Shown here one piece after another: positions 19,470-30,900 of a stretch of 64,000 bases of DNA. The translations under genes and the position numbers were made by a program. Under the pieces are notes generated by a model, which made no database searches, was not told where the DNA came from, and saw only the letters and a program-made list of their open reading frames with translations. The DNA comes from Sediminibacterium sp. (GTDB lineage Bacteria > Bacteroidota > Bacteroidia > Chitinophagales > Chitinophagaceae): NCBI GenBank assembly GCA_036170555.1, contig JAVHPL010000005.1, forward strand, positions 529 to 64,528, in the 5' to 3' direction. Position 1 is the first letter of the stretch. The number at the start of each line of letters is the position of its first letter.

Positions 19470-22400
19470 ATGAATATTTCAGAATTAGCATTAAAGCGTC
19501 CCATACTTGCAACAGTGATGAATATACTCATTGTGTTGTTTGGTGTGGTAGGATATAGTTTTTTAGCAGTGCGTGAATACCCCGCTATTGATCCACCAAT
19601 TGTAAATGTGCGAACATCTTATGCAGGAGCAAATTCCGATATTATCGAAAGCCAAATTACGGAACCCTTAGAAAAATCTATTAATGGTATTCCTGGTATC
19701 AGAAGTATTTCTTCTTCTAGTTCAAATGGATCTAGCAATATAACCGTAGAGTTTAATATTACTGAAAATTTAGAAGCTGCAGCCAATGACGTTCGAGATA
19801 AAGTGAGTCAGGCGGTTAGAAATTTACCCCAAGACATAGATGCACCTCCGGTAGTGAGTAAATCGGATGCCAATAGTGATTTTATTATAATAATGGGCGT
19901 ACAGAGTAGAACTAAGGGATTGCTGGAGTTGAGTGATTATGCCGAAAACGTATTGCAAGAAAGATTCCAAACAATTCCTGAAGTAAGTGCTGTAAATATT
20001 TTTGGTCAAAAAAGGCCTGCCATGCGTATTTGGATAAATCCAGATAAACTCAACGCGTTTAATATTGCTTTCAGTGATATCCGTACTGCCTTATCTACGG
20101 AGAATGTAGAAATTCCATCAGGTAAAATTTATGGTGACAATACCGAATTAACCATTAGAGCTTTAGGAAGGCTTACTACAGAAGATGATTTTAGAAATTT
20201 AATTATTAGGCAAGATGCTACTGGCATTGTACGCTTGTCTGACATAGCTAAAGTGGAAATTGGCCCTGAACAGGATGAATATAGTTGGAGATTAAATGGA
20301 GTAAATGCCGTAGGTATTTCTATTGTTCCACAACCAGGAGCAAACTATATTAAAATTGCCGATGAATTTTATAAACGATTAGCAGAAATACAAAGAACGG
20401 AAAAGGGTGATTTTCAAATGACACCCCTTATAGATCAAACATTGAATGTTCGAAAATCTTTAAAGGAAGTTGAAGAAACCTTGCTCATTTCTTTTACGCT
20501 GGTTGTACTGGTTATTTTCTTCTTTTTTAGAAACTGGCTCATTGCCATCCGCCCATTAATTGATATTCCTATTTCATTGGTGGCCACTTTCTTTATTATG
20601 TATTTAGCTGGATTCTCTATTAATGTGTTAACACTATTGGGTGTAGTGTTGGCCACTGGGCTTGTAGTGGATGACGGAATTGTTGTTACTGAAAATATTT
20701 TTAGAAAATTAGAAGGTGGCTTGCCTATTCGCAAAGCTGCATTAGAAGGCAGTAAGGAAATTTTCTTTGCAGTCATTTCTACTTCAATTACACTGGCAGT
20801 AGTATTTCTTCCGGTTATTTTCTTACAAGGATTTGTTGGAAGCTTGTTTCGTGAATTTGGGATAGTAGTAGCAGGTGCTGTATTGGTTTCAGCTTTTGTT
20901 TCATTAACCATTACGCCCGTTCTCAATGTTTTCTTAAATAGAAAAAATGCGGGTCATGGTAAATTTTATAATAAAACTGAGCCATTCTTTAAGGGGATGG
21001 AAAACGGATATAAATCTTTATTAGCTTCTTTCTTAAAAGTAAGGTGGGTGGCTTGGGTTATTGTAGTAGCATGTTTGTTTACCATCTATTTTATAGGGAT
21101 CAATTTGCAAAGTGAATTGGCTCCATTAGAAGATAAGAGCAGTATTCGTTTCCAAATGAGTGGGCCAGAAGGAGCTAGCTATGGTTATATGGTAGAAACA
21201 GGGGATAAACTATTAAACTATTTAAATGATTCTGTTCCCGAGAAAGATTTTGTTTTTATAGCTGTGCCTGGTTTTGGTGGCAGTGGCGTTAATTCGGGAA
21301 CTGCTAGAATAAAATTGGTAGAGCCCAATCAGCGGAATAGAACACAAGGCGATATAGTTAAAGACATCAGTAAAAAACTACCTCGTTTTAACAATGCTCG
21401 TATTTTTCCTGTAGAAGAACAAACTATTTCGGTAGGGCTTGGATCTAGAGGATCATTACCTGTACAATTTATTTTACAAAATCTCAATTTTGAAAAAATA
21501 AAAACAACTATTCCGCTATTTTTAGAAGAAGCAAGAAAAGACAAAACTTTTCAGAATGTAGATGTGAATTTAAAATTCAATAAACCCGAATTGCAGTTAA
21601 CCATCGATCGAATTCGTGCTAAAGATTTGGGTCTTTCTATGTTAGATGTGGGAGATGTTGTTTCAAGTGCTTTTAGTGGAAGAAGATTGGCTTATTTTAT
21701 CATGAATGGCAAACAATACCAAGTAATTTCTCAGGTAGAATATGCCGATCGGCAACAACCTGCCGACATTGAAAAATTATATGTAAGAAATAATCGTGGG
21801 GAAAGAATTCCCTTGAGTGCAGTTGTTAAACTACAAGAAAATTCAAATCCTCCAACACTTTACCATTACAATAGGTTTAAAGCAGCTACCATTTCTGCTT
21901 CATTGGCCGAAGGAAAAACAATTGGGGATGGAGTAAAAGCCATGGAAAGGATTTCGAAAAAAATATTAGATGAGAGTTTTAAAACAGCCTTAAGTGGTCC
22001 ATCAAGGGATTATGCTGAAAGTTCATCTAATACCAATTTTGCATTTGGGTTGGCTTTGATACTTATTTACTTAGTATTAGCTGCTCAGTTTGAAAGCTTT
22101 AAAGATCCATTTACCATTATGCTTACAGTACCGTTGGCATTGGCTGGTGCTTTATTGTGTTTGTGGATTTTTGATCAAACCATTAATATTTTTTCACAAA
22201 TAGGCATGATTATGCTCATTGGGCTTGTTACTAAAAATGGTATTTTAATTGTAGAATTTGCCAACCAAAAAAGGGAATTTGGCTTACCTAAAAATCAGGC
22301 TGTTTTAGAAGCTGCTACCCAACGGTTACGACCTATATTAATGACCAGTTTGGCTACTGCATTAGGTGCATTGCCCATTGCATTAAGTTTGGGTGCTGCC

Positions 22401-22541
22401 TCTACTAGCCGAATGCCCTTGGGTATTGTAGTAGTAGGTGGATTGTTATTTTCATTGATATTAACTTTATTGGTAATTCCTGCAGTGTATACGTATATTT
22501 CTGGCAAACATGATGTTGAAAAAGTGGAGATAACAGAGTAA
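19470..22541 (+). CDS. RND efflux permease (AcrB/AcrD/AcrF family)
   Basis: 1023 aa; REYPAIDPP, GLVVDDGIVVTENI, KNGILIVEFAN, RLRPILMT. Confidence 0.95.
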   Translation: MNISELALKRPILATVMNILIVLFGVVGYSFLAVREYPAIDPPIVNVRTSYAGANSDIIESQITEPLEKSINGIPGIRSISSSSSNGSSNITVEFNITENLEAAANDVRDKVSQAVRNLPQDIDAPPVVSKSDANSDFIIIMGVQSRTKGLLELSDYAENVLQERFQTIPEVSAVNIFGQKRPAMRIWINPDKLNAFNIAFSDIRTALSTENVEIPSGKIYGDNTELTIRALGRLTTEDDFRNLIIRQDATGIVRLSDIAKVEIGPEQDEYSWRLNGVNAVGISIVPQPGANYIKIADEFYKRLAEIQRTEKGDFQMTPLIDQTLNVRKSLKEVEETLLISFTLVVLVIFFFFRNWLIAIRPLIDIPISLVATFFIMYLAGFSINVLTLLGVVLATGLVVDDGIVVTENIFRKLEGGLPIRKAALEGSKEIFFAVISTSITLAVVFLPVIFLQGFVGSLFREFGIVVAGAVLVSAFVSLTITPVLNVFLNRKNAGHGKFYNKTEPFFKGMENGYKSLLASFLKVRWVAWVIVVACLFTIYFIGINLQSELAPLEDKSSIRFQMSGPEGASYGYMVETGDKLLNYLNDSVPEKDFVFIAVPGFGGSGVNSGTARIKLVEPNQRNRTQGDIVKDISKKLPRFNNARIFPVEEQTISVGLGSRGSLPVQFILQNLNFEKIKTTIPLFLEEARKDKTFQNVDVNLKFNKPELQLTIDRIRAKDLGLSMLDVGDVVSSAFSGRRLAYFIMNGKQYQVISQVEYADRQQPADIEKLYVRNNRGERIPLSAVVKLQENSNPPTLYHYNRFKAATISASLAEGKTIGDGVKAMERISKKILDESFKTALSGPSRDYAESSSNTNFAFGLALILIYLVLAAQFESFKDPFTIMLTVPLALAGALLCLWIFDQTINIFSQIGMIMLIGLVTKNGILIVEFANQKREFGLPKNQAVLEAATQRLRPILMTSLATALGALPIALSLGAASTSRMPLGIVVVGGLLFSLILTLLVIPAVYTYISGKHDVEKVEITE

Positions 22542-22546
22542 ATTTG
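22539..22546 (+). promoter_or_regulatory. -7 promoter box (TAAATTTG) for pdxH, overlapping the RND stop codon
   Basis: TAnnTTTG match 10 nt before ATG 22557. Confidence 0.5.
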
Positions 22547-22556
22547 CAAAAAAAAT

Positions 22557-23204
22557 ATGGCCAGCTCCATTTCTGATATCCGTCGCGATTATATGCTCAA
22601 ATCTTTTGATGAATCAGATGCATCTGCAAATCCATTTGATCAATTTACTTCTTGGTGGGATGAAGCAATCAGTGCAGATATTGATGAAGTGAATGCGATG
22701 ACTTTGGCAACGGTTACACCTCAAGGGAATCCTACTGCCAGAATTGTTTTACTCAAGGGGTATACACAAGAAGGTTTTGTATTTTTCACTAATTATAATA
22801 GTGCTAAAGGACAAGAAATTGCAGCGAATAATCAGGTAAGCTTGTTATTTTTTTGGAAAGAGTTAGAAAGACAAGTTCGTATAGAAGGGATTGTTGAAAA
22901 AATTGAAGCTGCTGAAAGTGATGCGTATTTTCATTCTCGCCCTGCAGGAAGTAGAATTGGTGCATGGGTATCACCTCAAAGTGAAATTATTCCGAATAGG
23001 GCTTTTTTAGAAAATAATTTTATTCGTTTAAAGGCACAATATCCAGATGAATCATCTGTTCCCCGTCCTGAGCATTGGGGAGGCTATATTGTAATTCCTC
23101 ATTCTATTGAATTTTGGCAAGGAAGAAGTAGCCGATTGCACGATCGGTTAAAATATATAAAGCAAGCTAACCAAAGCTGGGATAGAGTTAGACTGGCTCC
23201 TTAA
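22557..23204 (+). CDS. pdxH: Pyridoxamine 5'-phosphate oxidase
   Basis: ARIVLLK, FFTNYNSAKG, RQVRIEG, PRPEHWGG, EFWQGRSSRLHDR. Confidence 0.95.
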   Translation: MASSISDIRRDYMLKSFDESDASANPFDQFTSWWDEAISADIDEVNAMTLATVTPQGNPTARIVLLKGYTQEGFVFFTNYNSAKGQEIAANNQVSLLFFWKELERQVRIEGIVEKIEAAESDAYFHSRPAGSRIGAWVSPQSEIIPNRAFLENNFIRLKAQYPDESSVPRPEHWGGYIVIPHSIEFWQGRSSRLHDRLKYIKQANQSWDRVRLAP

Positions 23205-26200
23205 TTTAAATTAAAATCTTGGGTTAATTCTACAAACACTTGCTCAAGTATGGTAGATAAGTATTCATATAATCCAGGTATTTTATCTATTTGCTCATTT
23301 GTTTTTGCATAAAACTCTATGCTCTCGATTGTTTTATATGATTGCTTAATGCCCAAACTGTATATGGATGATTTCATTCTATGGGAAAACAAATATATAT
23401 CGTTGATATGATTACTTGTAATGGCATTTTTTAAGGTAATTAAATCTGCTTTGGTATTTTTAATAAAAATTTCCGCAATCTCTTTAATAAATTCTGTATC
23501 GTCTAAATCTATACCACTCAAGCTAGAAAGGTCGTATAGCTTTGTGTTAGTATTTTCTACAATGGGTTCGGATTGGGTGGTAGTGGTGTTTATCGTTAAC
23601 GGATCTATGGTATTATTTAATTGAAGTAATTTTTTTAAGCAGGTAAATAATTTTTGTTCTGTAAATGGCTTGGTGATATATTCATTAAAACCTGCTTCTG
23701 CAAAACGATCTGTTTCATTTTTAAATGCGTTTGCTGTAAGTGCAACAATAGGGATAGTTGCTTTTGAAGCGTCTTTTAATTGTCTAATCATTTGAGTTGC
23801 TTCATAGCCGTCTACTTCGGGCATATGAATATCCATTAATATCAAATCAAAATCTTCTTGTAATAAAAAATTAACTGCTTCTTTACCATTATTGGCTATA
23901 ACTACTTCGTGTCCCCAATCTTCTAAAATTTGTTTTACAATAATCTGATTAATCACTACATCTTCTGCAACCAAGATCCTTTTCTTTTCTATGCTAGTAT
24001 ACGATTGATCATCGGTAATTGCCATTTTTAATAATGAAGGGTCTCCTTTTTTATAAGGGAGGTTTACTATAAATGTAGTGCCTTCATTGGGTACACTCTC
24101 TACTTTGATATTTCCACCCTGCATTTCTATTAGGTTCTTAGAAATAGATAATCCAAGACCTGTACCACCAAATTTCCTACTGGTATCGGAAGAAGCTTGT
24201 ACAAATTCTTGAAAAATGAGTGGCAACTGTTCACTGCTAATTCCAATGCCTGTATCTTTTACCTTAAATTGAAATAATGGTTTTTCTGGATCTTTGGTGA
24301 GTTGATTCGCAATTACAGTAATGCTACCTTTTTGCGTAAACTTAACTGCATTACTAATAAGATTATTTAATACTTGACCTAATCTAAATGGATCCCCAAT
24401 TAAAACGGTATCTTTTTTTATATTATTTTCAAAGTGTAAAGCCAATCCTTTTTCTTCTACCTTAAAAATAAATGTTTTTAAAGTGTTGCTTATTTTATGG
24501 GTTAGTTCAAAGGGGATATATTCAAATTCAACTTTACCTGATTCAATTTTTGTTAAATCCAATACATCATTAACAATATGTAGCAAATTATTAGCTGATT
24601 CTAAAATGAGTTTAGTGTATTCTGCTTGTTTTGGATTTAAATTGGTTTTGTACAAAAGACCACCAATACCTAAAATTCCATTCATGGGGGTTCTAATTTC
24701 ATGACTCATATTAGCCAAGAAAATTTCTTTAACCTTACTCGCTTTTTCAGTGGCTTCTTTTGCTTGAATCAATTCTTGTTCTGCCTTAATTCTCTTGGTA
24801 ATGTCTTGTGAAAAGCCAATGATATAAGGGGTACTGCCTTGTTCTTCTACCTTATAGTTTTGATAAAGCAAATAGATATATTCTTTATTTTTATTTATTA
24901 CAATAAATACTCCTTCTGCTCTTCCTTTTTCAATAACTGTTTTTTGGTATACATTTTCAAATTTTGCTCTAAATTCTACTGGAACAAAATCTTTAATATT
25001 CTTGCCAATTAATTCATCTTTTGTATAACCCAAAGCACTACAAATTGCAGGATTTACAGTTAATATAATTCCACTAATATCATGAGTGCATATTAAAGCT
25101 TGGCTATAATTAAATAAGTCTCTATATCTTTTTTCATTCAGTTTAAATTGCTCCTCAATGTTTTTCCTATCTGTAATGTTTAATCCATATCCAATTACCA
25201 ATTTCACTTCATTTTTCTCATCTAAAACTGGATACATATTTCTTATAAAATATTCTTTAGTACCATCAGGCAATATCAAGGTTTCTTCCCAAGAATTGAG
25301 CTGTTTAGATTCGGTTACTTTATTAAATAATGCTCTTCTATCCTCAGCAATTTTCAATGGTCTATTTTTAAAGGCGCAATAATCTTCATCCCTTTTGCCA
25401 ATCATCCATTTACGTAATTCTGGATCTTTAATAGCTATTGGATTTAAGAATAAATAACGATGATCTTTATCAAATACAGCAATATCAGTTGGTATACTGT
25501 TTAATATACTTTCGTAAAAACTTCTTTGTGATTCAAATGCAGCTTCTGCTTCTTTTAATTTGGTGATATCGGTATGTGTTCCTGTAATTTTTAATGGCTT
25601 GCCCGATGCATCTGCTTCAGTAACAATACCTCTGTCTAATATCCAGCGAATATTTCCTTTCTTGTCTACCATTCGGTACTCAATGCTATGATGATCTAAT
25701 TTTCCTAACTTATACAAACGATCATTTTCTTCTAATAAAATTTTGTCATCTGGATGCACGGCCAACCACCAGCTTTCGGCAGTTGATAAACTAGAATTAG
25801 TGTATTCTAAAAATTCGGTATTGGTTTGTGAAAATTCAGTAATACCTGTTTTAAAGTCATGTTGCCAAACATTGTCTCCAATTTTTTCTAAGGTTAATCT
25901 AAATCGTTCATCATAGGCTTTAATTTTTTCATCTTTTACTTTTGCATCTGTGATGTCTTCTTCTATGGCAAAAAAACCAGCAGGTTCTCCTTGTTGATCA
26001 AACAATGGTTGCCCATTAATTCTTGTCCAATAAGGTTTTCCACTTTTGTGGTAGTTAATGATTTCACATACAAAAGGTTGTAATTTTTTTATTTGGTTGG
26101 CTAAGTAGTCAATGGTTGCCGGGTCACTATCTTTGCCTTGTAATAATTCACCAGGCTTTTTCCCAATCACTTCCTCTAAAGAATATCCGGTAATAGTTTT

Positions 26201-26770
26201 AAATGCTTTATTGGCCCAATTAATTTTACCATGTTTATCTGCTATAATTACCGCGTTGGTACTTTCTTCTGCAATTACAGAAAGCCTTTTTAGGTCTTTT
26301 CTTTGAGAATCAATTGTTGCCAATAATTCTTTAACTTCTTCTGTAACCGTTTGCTGATTTTTTAAAACTTCTAATAAATCTATAAGTGGATCATGGATGG
26401 CAAAGTCATTGCTATTTAATTGATGCAATTTTACTTGTTCCATAGAGTTGAACCACGGTGATCCTATAAATACCAATTGGTCTGTTTCTTGAATATATTC
26501 TAATTGACCTCTTAATTGAATGGGGTTGCTAGGATTAATTTCTAGCAATAATAATTTTTTGGTTAGCTTTTGCAAGCTATCAAATGAAATAGCTGATGTG
26601 TTTGGTTGAACTATTTTAAAGTGTTCTGTAAATAAGGCTTGTTTATGCAATGGAGTTAACTTGCCTAGGGTTTTGCCATAGCGCTCAATCCTGCTCTCAT
26701 TATTTACTAAAAAATAAAATGGAAAAAGATTTTCAAATTGCTCAATGTTAAAAGCAATATTCATTTCCAA
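23201..26770 (-). CDS. Cytoplasmic hybrid histidine kinase: HNOBA-like + several PAS + HisKA + HATPase + REC + Hpt
   Basis: N-terminal FENLFPFYFLVN...LRGQLEY...FIGSPW...DFAIHD is HNOBA-like; PAS repeats; [31 protein letters not shown]. Confidence 0.85.
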   Translation of the reverse strand: MEMNIAFNIEQFENLFPFYFLVNNESRIERYGKTLGKLTPLHKQALFTEHFKIVQPNTSAISFDSLQKLTKKLLLLEINPSNPIQLRGQLEYIQETDQLVFIGSPWFNSMEQVKLHQLNSNDFAIHDPLIDLLEVLKNQQTVTEEVKELLATIDSQRKDLKRLSVIAEESTNAVIIADKHGKINWANKAFKTITGYSLEEVIGKKPGELLQGKDSDPATIDYLANQIKKLQPFVCEIINYHKSGKPYWTRINGQPLFDQQGEPAGFFAIEEDITDAKVKDEKIKAYDERFRLTLEKIGDNVWQHDFKTGITEFSQTNTEFLEYTNSSLSTAESWWLAVHPDDKILLEENDRLYKLGKLDHHSIEYRMVDKKGNIRWILDRGIVTEADASGKPLKITGTHTDITKLKEAEAAFESQRSFYESILNSIPTDIAVFDKDHRYLFLNPIAIKDPELRKWMIGKRDEDYCAFKNRPLKIAEDRRALFNKVTESKQLNSWEETLILPDGTKEYFIRNMYPVLDEKNEVKLVIGYGLNITDRKNIEEQFKLNEKRYRDLFNYSQALICTHDISGIILTVNPAICSALGYTKDELIGKNIKDFVPVEFRAKFENVYQKTVIEKGRAEGVFIVINKNKEYIYLLYQNYKVEEQGSTPYIIGFSQDITKRIKAEQELIQAKEATEKASKVKEIFLANMSHEIRTPMNGILGIGGLLYKTNLNPKQAEYTKLILESANNLLHIVNDVLDLTKIESGKVEFEYIPFELTHKISNTLKTFIFKVEEKGLALHFENNIKKDTVLIGDPFRLGQVLNNLISNAVKFTQKGSITVIANQLTKDPEKPLFQFKVKDTGIGISSEQLPLIFQEFVQASSDTSRKFGGTGLGLSISKNLIEMQGGNIKVESVPNEGTTFIVNLPYKKGDPSLLKMAITDDQSYTSIEKKRILVAEDVVINQIIVKQILEDWGHEVVIANNGKEAVNFLLQEDFDLILMDIHMPEVDGYEATQMIRQLKDASKATIPIVALTANAFKNETDRFAEAGFNEYITKPFTEQKLFTCLKKLLQLNNTIDPLTINTTTTQSEPIVENTNTKLYDLSSLSGIDLDDTEFIKEIAEIFIKNTKADLITLKNAITSNHINDIYLFSHRMKSSIYSLGIKQSYKTIESIEFYAKTNEQIDKIPGLYEYLSTILEQVFVELTQDFNLN

Positions 26771-26929
26771 CTCACTTTAATGGATTTTAATTAAGTTTCC
26801 ATTAAAGTTACCATTTTTTAAGTTCATTACAATTAATTGAAATACGATTTTGGGTATTAAAATACCACAATAATCAATTTCAATGATTAATGAATGTATA
26901 CAAGCAATTTAAAGAATAGGATTAACTAA

Positions 26930-27892
26930 CTATTTCCTAGCCATTGCTTTTTCAGCAGCAGCTACAATAAACGGGGTATCCAAGCCATATTTGGTTAGTA
27001 ATTCAGTTGGTTTGCCGCTTTCTCCAAATGTATCATTGGTGCCAATATATTCAATAGGTATTGGACAATTTTTAGCAGCTACCTGCGCAATTGCATCACC
27101 TAATCCACCAATAATATTATGTTCTTCAACAGTTACTGCGCATTTGGTTTTAGCAATAGAAGCTATAATAGCTTCCGTATCTAAGGGCTTAATGGTATGT
27201 ATATTAATTAGTTCAACACCAATGCCTTTTTGTTCAAGTATTCTTCCTGCTTCTATGGCTTTCCAAACCATATGGCCACAGGCAAAAATACTTATATCTG
27301 CACCATCACTTAATTTTTGTGCTTTACCAATAATAAAATCACTTCCGTCTTCCTTGGTAAAATTGGGCCATTTTGGGCGGCCAAAACGAAGGTAAACAGG
27401 CCCTTCATAAGAGGCAATGGCCTTGGTTGCAGCCTTGGTTTGATTAAAGTCGCAGGGAACAATTACTGTCATACCGGGCAACATTTTCATCAAACCAATA
27501 TCTTCTAATATTTGGTGTGTGGCCCCGTCTTCTCCCAATGTTAAGCCTGCATGCGATGCACAAATTTTTACATTTTTATTACTATAAGCTACACTTTGTC
27601 TAATTTGATCGTATACTCTACCCGTACTGAAATTGGCAAAAGTGGTGGTATAAGGAATTTTACCTCCAATGGTCATACCCGCAGCAATCCCAATCATATT
27701 GGCCTCAGCAATACCACATTGCACAAAACGATTGGGGAAATCTTTAATAAAGGGTCCTAATTTTAAAGAGCCAGCTAAATCGGCAGTAAGTACCACTACA
27801 TTGGGATTTTCTTTGCCTATCTCGTGAATTCCTTCACCAAATCCACCCCTAGTTTCCTTTTCATTTAAAACCTGTATATCTGTTAATTTCAT
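26930..27892 (-). CDS. Transketolase C-terminal (pyrimidine-binding) subunit of a split transketolase
   Basis: GIAEANMIG, FSTGRVYDQIR, GEDGATHQ, EEHNIIGGLG; 320 aa. Confidence 0.9.
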   Translation of the reverse strand: MKLTDIQVLNEKETRGGFGEGIHEIGKENPNVVVLTADLAGSLKLGPFIKDFPNRFVQCGIAEANMIGIAAGMTIGGKIPYTTTFANFSTGRVYDQIRQSVAYSNKNVKICASHAGLTLGEDGATHQILEDIGLMKMLPGMTVIVPCDFNQTKAATKAIASYEGPVYLRFGRPKWPNFTKEDGSDFIIGKAQKLSDGADISIFACGHMVWKAIEAGRILEQKGIGVELINIHTIKPLDTEAIIASIAKTKCAVTVEEHNIIGGLGDAIAQVAAKNCPIPIEYIGTNDTFGESGKPTELLTKYGLDTPFIVAAAEKAMARK

Positions 27893-27934
27893 GGTATAAT
27901 GGTATTGCTAAAGAAATGCAAAGTAAAGCGTTTT

Positions 27935-30900
27935 TTAAATGGCATCCTGCACATTTCCTGTTCTTTTAAGTACTCCCCAATGTTGAAGCTCCCCTTTTAT
28001 TGCTTTGTTCATGGTTTTAAATAAAACAACCAATAATAACCACCTATAAATAACTCTTTGTGGTATTAGCCAAATTAGTTTCCAAAGGGGCTCTTTTTCA
28101 AACAAAAAGGCAATGGTAGCTACCAGTATATCCACGGCCATAAACATTATATAATAAACTCCAATTTCACTTGCGTTTCCGGTAAATAATCCAATCAGCA
28201 TTAACAAATCGGCAAAGGGTGCAAAAATAGGTATGATGTATTTAAACAATAAAATATCGGGAAGTGCAATAAACCCTAGAATTGTATATTTTGTATTAAA
28301 TAAAGTATCTCTGTTTTTCCAAAAAGTTTGCATTACGCCAAAAGTCCATCTAAAACGTTGTTTCATAAACTGCTTCAATGTTTCGGGAGCTTCGGTCATG
28401 GCAATAGCACTATTTTCATTTTTTATGATATAATTACATCTGAGAATTCGAACGGTAAGGTCTGCATCTTCTGCAAGGGTATCCGATGTAAAACCACCAG
28501 CATCTACAATGGATTGTTTTCTAAATGCACCAATCGCGCCAGGTACTACAGTAATTCCATTGAAATAGCCAAAGGCTTTTCTATCTATATTTTGGCTTGT
28601 AGTGTATTCTATACTTTGCCAACGTGTAATTAAATTTATTTCATTTCCCACTTTTACATTTCCCGCTACTGCGCCAATATCTTCATTGGTAAAATGTACC
28701 ATTAATTTACTTACTGCATCTGGTTTAAGTTTAGTATCTGCATCAATACAAACTACAAATGCTGCATCGGTAGCATCAATACCATAATTAAGTGCAGAAG
28801 CTTTTCCACCATTTAACTTATTGAGTATTTTAATTTTAGGCTCATCTTTAAATGCGGCTTCTACCTTTGCTAGCGTTTGATCTTTGCTACCGTCATTTAC
28901 AAAAATGATATTGAAATGTGGGTAATTGCATTTTAGCAAATTGTGTAATGAACTAACTGCGTTTACCTCTTCATTATATGCTGGTACTATAATAGAAACA
29001 AACTCAGTAGGTTGATTAACTAACAATAAGGGCGTATTTTCTTTTTTACGTTGCAAAAAGGAAAATACCAATGTGATCAATAACCGAATGGTACCTAATA
29101 TTAAAAAAAGTATAAAAAGACTATAAAATAATCTACTTCCATAATAACCCATTTCTGCTAAATAATAATTAAGCTGTAATAAATAATTGCCTTTATAATT
29201 GGGAACGGGGGGCATTACATCATCTCTGGTTTTTCCCATCAAATCGGCAACAGTAGTAAACGTATATCCTTCTTTATGAAAATATTCTATAATTCTAGGA
29301 AGTGCTTCTACTGTGGCACTTCTATCTCCACCAGCATCATGTAATAAAATAATATTACCCAAGTCTTTCATCCGAACAACCCTATTAAAAATAGTATCTG
29401 CATTAAAAAATTTGGTTTCTCCGGCCTGCCAATCTTCGGGATCAATATTTTCCCCAATGGTTAAATAATTTTTTGTTCTGCTTAATGCAACAGGTACTAG
29501 TTCTTCCATTTTTTCGGGATGACTATCTGCATTAAATGGTGCACGAAACATAATAGTACTTCTTCCTGTAATAACTTCTATTAGTAAGCGTGTTGCATCC
29601 ATTTCTAGCAAGGCGCGCTGCTTACTTACAATGGCCATATTGGGATGCGTAAAAGTGTGGTTCCCAATTTCGTGACCATCATTGTAAATTCTTTTAACCA
29701 GTGGTATATTTTGTTCGGCTTCAATTCCTACAATAAAAAAATTAGCAACCACTTTATACTTAGCAAGAATATCCAAAATTTCACGAGTATATTTAGGATC
29801 AGGGCCATCATCGAAAGTGAGTACTAATTTTTTATCATCCGACTTGCCAAATTGTTTAACTACAAACATAGATGGAAGTGTATCGTAAAACTGTTCGCTG
29901 ATGAGCATCCAAGTAGAATCTAGCTCTGTTCTTATTTTACCTGGTGTTGGGGTAGAAATTACATCTAGTATTTCACCCTCACCCATAAAATCCACATCAT
30001 TGCTAGGCTTAACTTTACTAAATTCATCAAAATCAAAATGCTTGATAGCGGCAGTGTTCATGGGTAAATGATAAAAATCCCAAAGCCTACTGTCTTCACT
30101 TCCCATACGCCATAAAGAAGTACCTGCTAAGCCATACTCTGTTACAAAACGAATAATGTTGAAATTGGTAGCCGCATCGGTAAAATGAACTTCTCTTGGG
30201 TGATTGTTATCGTCGAAATAGCTAAAATGCAAATTGTAAGAATCATTATTAAAAATAATTTTTTCTTTATTTTCTTTTGCAATGCTTAATGCTTGTTGAT
30301 ATGTTATATCTGTGCCTTCACCACCCTTGGGCCAATCATAACCGAAAGCAGCAATACATAGCACTATTTTTTGTACAGGTACTTTTGCTACCAATTGTTC
30401 TACTGCGGCTTCTATCCATTTCTGTCCACTGATGGGCCCAGGCTTAGTATCAGATGTATGTTCATCATAGGCCATCAAAAATAAATAATCATTGTATTTC
30501 GAAAGGGTTTTGTAATCGTAGTCATCATTAAAGGGCATCACATCTTGTGATACTAATAATTGATTGGCATGAAATTTTTCATACAATTCTTTTTGAAAAT
30601 TAGCTAGTACACCATTGTCGTTCTCAACCAATTCTTCTAAATCTATATTTACGCCTGAAAATTTTTCTTGTTGAATATGTTTTAATAAATCATTAATTAG
30701 CTTAGCACGTTTTGTTTTATCATTTAAAATACGATGCACCACATCTCCCTGCCATTTGCCATTAAAGTTATTGGTAAGCATGGGCATTACTTTTACTCCT
30801 GATGCTTTAATGGCATCATATCCTCTTGCATCATGCCTTACAATTAATGAATCACCCACTGGATCTAAAAAAAACCATTCGGGTAATATTAGATTAAGTT

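Noticed and set aside
20435-20926. 163-aa minus-strand ORF inside the RND permease
   Set aside because: Thr/Asn/Lys-rich mirror of hydrophobic TM codons; a typical shadow ORF
26991-27395. 134-aa antisense ORF in the transketolase gene, and the other 60-144 aa nested ORFs in the track
   Set aside because: All lie wholly or largely opposite or within well-supported genes and show no recognisable domains
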